This document shows, piece after piece, positions 25,001 through 33,522 of a stretch of DNA of 64,000 nt. The translations under genes were made by a program, and so were the position numbers. Every line of letters starts with the position of its first letter. Position 1 is the first letter of the stretch. Under the pieces are notes generated by a model. That model had not been told where the DNA came from. It made no database searches and worked only from the letters and a program-made list of their open reading frames with translations. The DNA is from Leucoraja erinacea (Eukaryota). The stretch spans positions 15,810,001 to 15,874,000 of the forward strand of contig NC_073387.1 in the NCBI RefSeq assembly GCF_028641065.1, written 5' to 3'.

Positions 25001-26305
25001 TCTCATCATTATAGGTGACAATATAAATTAAACATTATTGATCCTTATCGCACCCACTCACCTTTGATCCCAAATATTTCATATTGTTTCAGGATTTGTT
25101 TTCTCGGTTCTGTTTGAGCCAAAGTGAAAAATCCTGCCAGTTTAAATGTGGGATTATAAATTGTCAGATCAAGTGTACCGTGATTTACATACATCTCCGG
25201 GTACAAGTCCACTTTACTCCAATAGTTCCCTTTTCTTCTAAAAGTCGCCAAATTCTCGACTTCCTTCCCTGAGTGTGGTTTCCATTCCCAGACAACAACA
25301 GAGTCTTTCTCGGGATTGTCCGGTCCGTTTAACACAATGTCGGCTCCGTTATCCAAGAAATACATTCGATGTCTGTATTCTGTTGCAAATACGAACAATG
25401 AAGAATTAACATTTAAAACACATTTCCCCCACTCCATATCTGTAATTATTAATTTTGAACAATTCAATTCCAGACAGTTGTGATCTTTCTTGGAAACCCA
25501 GCGAGGAAGACTCAGTTTGTGAAGAGATGTCTGTCTGTAGAACTCTGAAGTCTGAAGAAGGGTTTCGGCCGGAAACGCTGCCTGTTTCCTTCGCTCCATA
25601 GATGCTGTTGCACCCGCTGAGTTTCTCCAGCATTTTTGTGTACCATCTGTCTGGAATAACCTGGCCTGATCCAGGGATATTTCATCACATGAGAGGAGTG
25701 AGTGGGAGGGGATCGGAGGTGGGGATAGGGATTTGTGGTGGGGCAGTGGAGGAGCTCCCCCCGGTTTTGAAGGAACTTTGCGGGAGCGTGGTGAAGTGTG
25801 TTGCGCGTGGTTCTCGGGCTGCGACTGGATCGATAAGTTGAGGGCAGTTCCACCAGCCTGCACTGTGGTGGGAAGGTGTTGGGGCAGGATGATGTGAACA
25901 ACTGTGTCAAAGGCTGCAGAGGCTGAGCGGTATGAGTAGGGAGAGTTTAACTCCGTAACAAGCTCACAGGAGGCCATTTCTGACTTTGATAAGGACCGTG
26001 TCGGTGCAGGAGGAGAGAGAGTTGAGGGAGGAGGGAAGGGGGGGGGGCTGAGAAATGGAGCTCCAGTAAGGAATGGCGTGGATTTGTGAGGCATCAGCAT
26101 ATTCAGGGACGTGGAGAATAAAGCGACATTGACAATGGGGTGCCGGTTTACACGAACAATGATAACGTAATGCAACGTTATTGTGACCGGTGAAGAGAAA
26201 GCACTTACTCTGAGTTGAAACAGGTCGAAGCAGGAAAACAAAGAAACCGAACATCAAACCAATTGGCAAACTGCCGCAGAGAAACCTCGGCCTCATTTTG
26301 TGCAT
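15983..26305 (-). CDS. Eight-Ig-domain type I membrane receptor, 899 aa, 11 coding exons: 26305-26209, 25379-25062, 24374-24105, 23167-22829, 22750-22490, 21777-21433, 20692-20420, 19716-19378, 18569-18300, 16748-16645, 16066-15983
   Basis: All introns are GT-AG. The leader ends in phase 1, the eight Ig exons are phase 1-1 and open, the TM exon is phase 1-0, and the tail exon ends in TGA. Lengths 97+318+270+339+261+345+273+339+270+104+84 = 2700 nt. Confidence 0.85.
16130..16530 (+). mobile_element. CR1 3' remnant in the TM-tail intron
   Basis: Decayed ALEKMQKRFTRMLPG motif and CR1 3' tail. Confidence 0.65.
16645..16748 (-). CDS. Transmembrane exon VRALQDIRIITVLRYLLIKLAVALGLISYSWRMNR
   Basis: Acceptor tttgtccttcacag and donor AGG|gtgaga; phase 1-0 as typical of TM exons; hydrophobic stretch with embedded R and K. 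Confidence 0.8.
18300..18569 (-). CDS. Ig D8, C2 domain with WxC (paralog of D4)
   Basis: ATVEPSDALTEENNVTLTCSVSG..LSWINSDG..RRKWTCGL; donor G|gtaagt. Confidence 0.92.
19378..19716 (-). CDS. Ig D7, V domain (paralog of D3)
   Basis: ..DHSELDLIC..TKWTW..NFHVRIVPIQFEDAGVYTC..; same 339-nt length as D3. Confidence 0.92.
20420..20692 (-). CDS. Ig D6, C2-like domain (paralog of D2; F-strand Cys replaced by Trp)
   Basis: VEADSPRPVMGSDITLSCTISRLPDTVSLHW..PNLYTWEV. Confidence 0.9.
21050..21425 (+). mobile_element. CR1 3' remnant in intron D5-D6, preceded by a Penelope-derived terminus (~20895-21025)
   Basis: CR1 3' UTR-like sequence; CTGAAGAAGGGTCTCGACCTGAAAC on the minus strand. Confidence 0.65.
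21433..21777 (-). CDS. Ig D5, V-like domain lacking the canonical disulfide (paralog of D1)
   Basis: GCGDSIYFFHQEGNFVMKGPD..DWEWRPHSG..LDLRIRKPIFELAGLFTW..ELFGIK. Confidence 0.9.
21900..22380 (-). mobile_element. Decayed Penelope-like 3' terminal region
   Basis: Similar to 4731-5040. Confidence 0.55.
22490..22750 (-). CDS. Ig D4, C2 domain with WxC F-strand
   Basis: VTEGDTVTLTCSVS..LVWINGDG..RGNWRCGL; preceded by a 78-nt intron. Confidence 0.92.
22829..23167 (-). CDS. Ig D3, V domain
   Basis: ..DHSELHLVC..ARWTW..NRL..DFSLRIVPILFQDAGPYTC..; DxGxYxC motif. Confidence 0.92.
24105..24374 (-). CDS. Ig D2, C2-like domain
   Basis: VEASPQRPLLGGDVTLSCTISRLSDTVSLHW..EDGKLYVCEV..; canonical C-W-C. 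Confidence 0.92.
25062..25379 (-). CDS. Ig D1, cysteine-free V-like domain
   Basis: KYRHRMYFLDNGADIVLNGPD..VVWEWKPHSG..LDLTIYNPTFKLAGFFTL..YEIFGIK; acceptor gcaacag, donor G|gtgagt. Confidence 0.9.
25662..26130 (-). mobile_element. L2-like LINE remnant in intron 1 (copy at 40725-41175)
   Basis: Frameshifted TDTVLIKVRNGLL and SAAFDTVVHIIL RT motifs. Confidence 0.6.
26209..26305 (-). CDS. Exon 1: signal peptide MHKMRPRFLCGSLPIGLMFGFFVFLLRPVSTQ
   Basis: Basic N-region and hydrophobic core; donor CAGA|GTAAGT; conserved in four paralogous copies. Confidence 0.9.
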
Positions 26306-26673
26306 TCTCTGTTTGGAAATAACGTGCAGTTTTAGACTTTGATCAGTAAATTGCTAGTTGCCAAATGTTTTATTGAGTACAGCCAGTTTGAAACTCCTGA
26401 CCCAGGAGCACTTTAGAATTGGTCGCACACAATTACACGGGGAAAATACATTCGCTTGGTGGACGCTGCCGCTGGAATATTGTCACTTCTGTAATCTGGG
26501 ATTTCTCGTCCATATTAAACCGCTATCGATTGGCATTGTCCGAAATCACTCATCTGAACTCCGCCTTTTTAATTTTTGACACAATTACTTCCCACTACTC
26601 GGTAAAATAGTTTCAACTAAATTGGACCTCGCTATTGAGTCAATGAACAGAGAAGGCAACAGAATGGCAAGGG

Positions 26674-26760
26674 ACACAAAATTGCTGGAGAAACTCAGCG
26701 GGTGCAGCAGCATCTATGAGATGCTGCTGCACCCGCTGAGTTTCTCCAGCAATTTTGTGT
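26674..26760. repeat. Perfect inverted repeat (42-bp arms, 3-nt loop) from Penelope termini
   Basis: 26674-26715 is the exact reverse complement of 26719-26760. Confidence 0.95.
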
Positions 26761-28224
26761 ACCTTCGATCTTCCAGCATCTGCAGTTCCTTCTTGAACAG
26801 AATGTCAAGGGACATTGAATATTCTCAGACGGTCCCAAGACGTTGTCGGAGGTACGGGAAAAAATATTCAATTTAGATTGACTAGGAAACCAGTAGGAAA
26901 ATGGCATATGCTGGTCATTTAGCTGTGAGAAACACCCTCCATTCAGTTACTGGGGAACTAAAGGAGACAAAGCGAAATTAATAAAGTTTGTATGCCCTAG
27001 TAAAATCTAAAGTAGAACAAACTGATTGAACGAGTGATAGATCACAGTTTACAGGATATCCAACATTGTTCAGTTTCTGGATACCACTCTTTTACATGAA
27101 GTGAGACTGCAGTGAGGTCGCCTACTTTGTGAGAAGAGACTGATGGTGAACGAGTACAGAGACTGCGGTAAAGCTCCAAGCACGGCGACACACTGAGATT
27201 CACAGTCTCACTCGATGATTTACACAGTTTCTTTGGAAGGGCAAACACCCTTCAGCTATTTATCACCAGACTACTCCCAAGTAAACCAAATCATACTTAA
27301 GAATGTTTGTTCGTCGTGTGATCTTGAACGGAACAGGGGTACTAATAATTTGCAGAGGAAAAGCTGCAGTAAGTTGCTAGTTCGCAATTGTTGTATTGAG
27401 TACAGCCACTTTGAAAACTCTGGGCCCGGACCATTTGAGAATTAACCGCACACAATTACACGGGGAAGGACCATTCCTCTGTGGAATCTGCCACTGGAAT
27501 ATTGTCACTGCTGTAATCTGGGATTTCCACAACCACATTCAATCGGTTCGCTTTGACTGAAACGACTCATCTGTACGCAGACATTTTAATTTTTGACCCA
27601 CTTCCTTCTTCTCGGTAGAGTGGTTTTAACTCATTTGTACCTCACTAGTCAGTCATTTAATTGAGCGGGCAACAGAACAACGAGGACGTTGAACATCCTC
27701 AAACAGTCCCAGAGCCCGAAGATTTCCGGATAAATGGGAAAAATAAAATCCACATTGGCATGGATACATTATATTGACCCGGTAACAAATAAGAAAGCAC
27801 AAATGGGTAAAATGGCAGGTGCTGGTAATTTTGCTTCATTACGTTTCTAGGGGGAAACAATGGAGACAAAAATGCATTGATAAAGAATGGGTGATGTTTC
27901 GGATCTAAGAGGTCAGCGTATGAAACGTCACCCATTCTTTCTCTCCAGAGATGCTGCCTGTCCCGCTGAGTTACTCCAGCATTTTGTGTCTCTATTCATT
28001 ATTAAATAAGTTTCTATGTCCTTGTAAAATCTAAAGCAGAACAGACTGTAACAGTCTAATAAATGGTTGTAGGAGTAGAATATCACACATTAGAAATGAC
28101 GTTAGATCCCATTTAAACCACTCCTTTACCTGAAGTGAAACTGTAGTAAAGTAGCCTACCTTGTGGGAAGAGACTGGTGAACGAGGCCAGAGACTGGGCA
28201 GCAAAGCTCCAAGCACGGCGACAC

Positions 28225-28350
28225 ACTGAATTCCCCAGTCTCACTTTGCGCAATAACTAACGCTGTGTCTTATGAAAGTACAGGACCTTCCTCTTCCTCT
28301 CCTTCTCAGGGTTCAGACATCACTTCTGTTGAAAGTGTTTGCGTCACTGT
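28225..28350 (-). promoter_or_regulatory. Putative promoter: C/EBP palindrome, tandem PU.1/ETS boxes, kB-like site
   Basis: TTGCGCAA at 28246-28253; AGAGGAAGAGGAAG at 28287-28300 (minus); GGGGAATTCA. The C/EBP and PU-box motifs recur at ~43459-43515. Lies just 5' of a donor-bearing exon-like block. Confidence 0.4.
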
Positions 28351-28554
28351 AAAATCCACCTTGTTTTAAACCTAATTTCGGCAAAGTAAAATGGGAATTT
28401 ACTGAGCTCAAACATGAGCCATGAGGCATGGAACCTCATTTTTCTAAAGGTTATTGGAGGTTAACAAATGTCAACGGCAATGGGAAATGAGATAATCTGT
28501 TGTTTTGTAATGATGATTATATGTCAATCTTCTTGCATCTGTAGCGATGTTCTG

Positions 28555-28860
28555 ATTGAGTTTGGTTTTGAGATACAACATGGAAACAGGCCCTTCAACC
28601 CTCCGTCCACCGACCATTGATCTCCCGTTCAGGCTAGTTCTGTTATCTCACTTTCCGGTCCACTCCCTACGCACTCCAGGCAATTTATGGAGGTCAAGTA
28701 ACCTGCAACCCGCTCATTTGTGGGATGTGGTACTAGGAAACCAGAGCACCTGAAGGAAATCCACGTGGCCACAGGGATCGTGCTATCTCCACCCAGAGAG
28801 CACCAGAGGTCAGGATTGAACCCTAGTCTCAGGCAGCTCTAACATCTGTGCCACTGTGAT
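28555..28860 (-). mobile_element. HE1/V-SINE-type SINE
   Basis: Homologous to the other SINE copies. Confidence 0.78.
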
Positions 28861-29248
28861 TTGGATGGTTTGGCAATTTCAAACTATGAGTTTTGGGTTG
28901 GGGAGAACACAAACGAGCAGATATGATAATTGCTGTATTATTCAGTTATTCCAATGTTGAGTGTAATTATCACCTGAGTTTCACACAAGGTAAACCCGCC
29001 AGTCACCATTCTCATGATCATTCAATTTCTTCTGCAACTTTCAGTGTTCTCCAAACCAAACCGTACAGTTTGCACCAAGACCGTCATAACCTCTAAGAAT
29101 AAATCGTGTCCCTTCCAGTTCAATTCAGTTTAATTCAGTGTCAAGTTTCTGACGTAAAGAGAAAAGCTTTTGCTGAATGCTAACCAGCCTGGGCAAAGGC
29201 AAGTGTCATTAATGCCATTCACAACTGAAGTTAGAATTGTTTCTTGTA

Positions 29249-31012
29249 GGATCCGCTGGGGGCGACATGTTAGAGTAGTTACACGTTTCCACGCCGTAAA
29301 GATGCCAGGCAGAGGAAAGAAAGTGGAGCAATAGACGGAAGACCCGATGACCAGCATCGGCATGGCCACGCTAGCAGCCATGTTAACAGAGCACAAGGTA
29401 TCGCTACTGGCAGAATTCAACGCAGCGTTCACCAAACTGGAAACGAAGCTGGACAATATCCAGACCACAATTTTAGATCACCAACACCGTCTTTCATCAT
29501 TAGAGTCTTTTGCAGATACCACCAGCCAAGACATACGAGCTATAGCGATAATGCTAACTACGGTGACCAAAGAGAACGCCAAGCTAAAGTCTAAGCTTAT
29601 CGGCCTGGAAGGCAGGAGCCGCTGAAATAACATAAGGATAGTCGACCGACGCCGAAAAAGCTTTCGACAGGGTCGAATGGAGGTACTTATATGAGGCGAT
29701 GGACAGGTTTGGCCTCGGTAACAGTTTTATTCTTTGGGTCAGTCTATTATACTCGTCCCCGGTGGCCTCAGTACAAACAAACGGCACACTGTCGCCCCAC
29801 TTCCCCCTTCAGAGAGGTATCAGACAGGGTTTCCCGTTATCACCACTCCTGTTTGCTGTCGCGATAGACCCTTGGCAGTCTGGTTACGCTCAGAGAAAGG
29901 CTTTAAAGGTATTACACGGTTCGACGCAACTCATAAAGTCTCATTGTATGCGGATGACCTGCTGCTGTACATGTCAAACCCAGTCGGCTCTCTCCCTGTG
30001 ATAACGAATATTTTAGAACGGTTTGGTGCGTATTCTGGTTATAAACTTAACTACCAAAAGAGTGAGCTATTACTGATTAGCTCATTGGCTAAGCAGCTCC
30101 CTCGCTCTTTAACCTCATTCAAATGGGCAGAGGACGGGTTTCGCTACCTCGGCGTCTTTATCACAACACCTTTATCTGATATGCTCCGCACAAACTTTCT
30201 AACTCTGGTTGAGAAAGCTGAAAGAGATTTTGACCGCTGGTTAGTTTTACCGCTATCCCTCGTGGGCCAGATAAATCTGGTCAAGATGGTCGTCCTACCC
30301 AAATTCCTGTATCTTTTCCAGCACGTCCCTATACTTATCACTAAATCTTTTTTTGATAAATTAGAAAGGACAATATCTAAATTTTTATGGGGTAGCAAAC
30401 CGGCTAGAATCCGAAAGGCGATACTGCAGCCTCCTAAGAGTGACGGCGGTTTGGCACTTCCTGACTTTAGGCGATACTATTGGGCAGCTAACTTGCAAAA
30501 ACTCCTGTATTGGATGAATGATGATTGCGACCACCTACCGACCTGGGTACACATGGAAAAGGCGAGTTCACATCTCCCGTTGCGGTCTGTCCTATGCTCC
30601 CAACTCCCCCTTCCTATAACATCTGTGGGTGCAGAAGAAATGCATCTCTGTTTTGTATAACTTGTTAGGGTCGGTTATATTGAAACCTCATATCTCATTA
30701 AAAGCTGCGTGGGAGGGTGAGCTGAATACGAAACTAACAGACCAGCAATGGGACTGCCTTGGATTTGATCCATTCTTCCTCCATATGTGCCCGTCATGGC
30801 CTAATCCAATGCAAAGTCCTTCACAAAGTCCACTACACAAATGCAAGATTATCTAGAATTTACCCCGCTGTTAGGGACACCTGCAACAGATGTAATCAAT
30901 CTCCTGCCAACCATAGCCATATGTTTTGGTCTTGCCCTAAGCTAGCAGCCTTTTGGAGGAGTGCTTTCGACTTGATAAGCAGAGCCTATGGCCAGACTAT
31001 TCCTCCTAAATC
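29249..31012 (+). mobile_element. Internally deleted L1 (ORF1 N-half fused to RT and C-terminal Zn region) with ~16-bp TSD
   Basis: ORF1 coiled coil ..LEGRSR*NNIRIV joined to DAEKAFDRVEW..RQG.PLSPLLF..YADD; CNRC..HMFWSC; flanked by AGAATTGTTTCTT(G/A)TA; empty sites at ~970 and ~44477. Confidence 0.9.
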
Positions 31013-32629
31013 AGAATTGTTTCTTATAATACATGTTCAAGCGAATGACTGTGTGATGTTTGAAATGTCTATGATAATGTCACAGACAGAATCGCATGTT
31101 TTGTAATAAAGTGATTGGTCAACATTCTTGCCTTTTCATGCTGTAGCTGGTCCGTAGTGCAATCCTATATTCAATTGCATCAGATCATGGTGGAGGTTGG
31201 ACTTAGGAGGTCACAAATGGGCTGCATATGATAATCAAGCTATTACAATTTTACAAAGTAAGTCTAATATTGAGAGCAATTTTCTCCTGAGTTCTCAATT
31301 TCACTCAAGGTGGAAACGTCAGCAAACATTTTCACAATCATAAGTTTTTCCCTATGTCATTTAGTGTTCTCCAAGCCTAACCTCACAGAGTTACACCAAG
31401 ATCTTCACAGCATGGAGATATAGACACGAGAGATACATTGTGTTCCAGGTGTACACTGGCCCTATCCCCAAACTCTATCCCCATTACATTGATGACTGCG
31501 TCAGTGCTAGAAAATATATCCACAATATGCAAGCACAATCCATACCCAGAATTGTTTGGCTAAGTTAGCGGAGTGGCACAAGTTGACCCAGTTAGTCACC
31601 ATCATAACTTGGACATACATTGCTGGTCCTTCGTTATTTGGTGGGCCTACTCCTATCATTTACATTATTTACTAAACACCTCAGTGGTGAAATAAGGATG
31701 TTCACATCCTCATGGGTTAAAAATGGAAGCCTGAGCACTGAGGCCCACATCCAAAAACATTGATTTATAAGCAAAAATTCTGGAGGGAATAACAAAGTGG
31801 AGCTCATCATCAGCTCAGGAGTTAGTGTTGTCCTCATCGTGACAAGACACCTAATCAGGCTCCTTCCTTAATCCGGGTTAACTGCTCATTTCCCCCATAT
31901 TGTGTGAATTCTGCAGAAAAATAAAATTCATTTTTATTGCGGCTTCACCCTCTGCTTTGATATTTTTCCCCAGCACCTGAATATTTCTCTTTGTAATTCA
32001 TCTCATCTCCCCCTCCAGCCCACACTGTCCGTCACTCTCACATTCTAAACGCTGGGATCATCCCCTGTCTTATCTGGTGCAAATGTCTCCGTTGGGGCAC
32101 TTGCTGAGTTTGAAGTGTAAACAGGGCCTAACACAGATCATTCCTCTTTTACGCTGATGTTATCTTCAGAAATAACTTCTCTGTTTACCCTTTACATTTA
32201 AATGTAATTCCGTATAATTCTATTTATGTAATTGTTAAAAATACTTTGAGAACAGAACATGGGGCACGTGTGCTGAGGATATCATTTATTATAAGGATAG
32301 TAACTAACTATTGCATTGTTGATGTCTTGACCAAAAAGCGTAATTTTTAAAAATATTTTTGCTATTTCCCACTGATTAAAAAATAAAATAGTGGTGTTTC
32401 TCTCGACTAAATTACATCTCTTTATACTTTTCCACATATTAAATTTCCTGTTTGATACCTGCTGGATGAAAATATTTCAATTTCCAACCTGGTTTGGTGT
32501 TTCCGGGTTCCAAAACCGTGTTTGGATATTTAAAAATAATTTACGCGAGAAGACAATGTCTTTTTGAATTTATGTAAGCGAAATCATGGCAAACAAACCT
32601 ACTGGAGATTATTGTGATGTACCATTTTG

Positions 32630-33522
32630 TGTAACGCTTCTTTGCCCTCTACATGAGCTGCGCCCCAGGTTGGTAAACTTTAATTCCCTTATAGGTGTTA
32701 GTTAACCCTTAATTTAAGTATTTATGCACTCTTTTAATTTGGACAATAGGATACCTTTAATACAATTTTAAATAGTATACCACACTGTAGAAACAGTTAA
32801 AATAAATCAACTGTCAACTATGTTCCAATGAATTACCTTCACATTTATTCTATTAATTAAAATAAATGATATGTTGGTCAGGGAAATACAAAATAAAATA
32901 TCAATATAGTATTTTACTGGTGTTTCTCACACAGATATTTAAACAACACCACTCAAGAATCAATATTTTATAGTACCTTTAAGTATTAATTACTATGTGG
33001 GCCCACACACTCACTCACACAAGCCGGCAACATTAAAAACAAAAAAAGAATAACCCCACGTTGCAGGCCTGGTCGAAGCGGAGAGCGTCGCGGCCAAATA
33101 CAGTTGAAGCCGCCAAGTGCACAGTGCAGAAGCTCACAAGATGGCGGGGAGTTGGCTGACCAGAGAGGACCCCATGTGGCAGAAATCTTCCTTCTCCCTC
33201 GTTGTCTCCAGGGCTCAGCTAACCGCTGCTCTCACTCTCCCCGTAATCACAAAGTCCAAACAACGACAGTCTTTAATCCACACCTGCGAGCTGAAGGGGC
33301 AGCAGTTAGCCTAGGCTTCTTCTGTCTTCTTCTGGACTTCTTCTCTCTCTCTCTTGGACTTCGATTACCCACAATCCCCAGCTCCCACCCCCAAACCAAT
33401 CACCACACAGGAAAAATGATCTAACTCATTAACAACAAATCAAATGCAGAACACATATTCACAGCAAAACTTATATAAATCTCTTAATAAGAAAAACTAA
33501 TATGAAGTTACACAGGGCTACA
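32630..33522 (-). repeat. 3' LTR
   Basis: Direct repeat of 39638-40533; PPT adjacent at 33523-33535. Confidence 0.95.

Larger units (their letters stand above)
25662..31830. repeat. Segmental duplication of the receptor 5' region (direct repeat of ~40722-45293)
   Basis: Collinear homology over part of intron 1, the leader exon, upstream units, SINE and flank, with copy-specific insertions. Confidence 0.93.

Noticed and set aside
25045-26241. 398-aa ORF as a single-exon gene
   Set aside because: Chance read-through of intron 1 (L2 and Penelope remnants) into the real D1 exon; only 25062-25379 is Ig-like and splice-bounded.
15983-26305. Naming the gene CD4 or LAG3
   Set aside because: It has eight domains, a Cys-less D1, a charged TM, no CxC or LAG-3 tail motifs, and is multicopy; the resemblance is architectural only.
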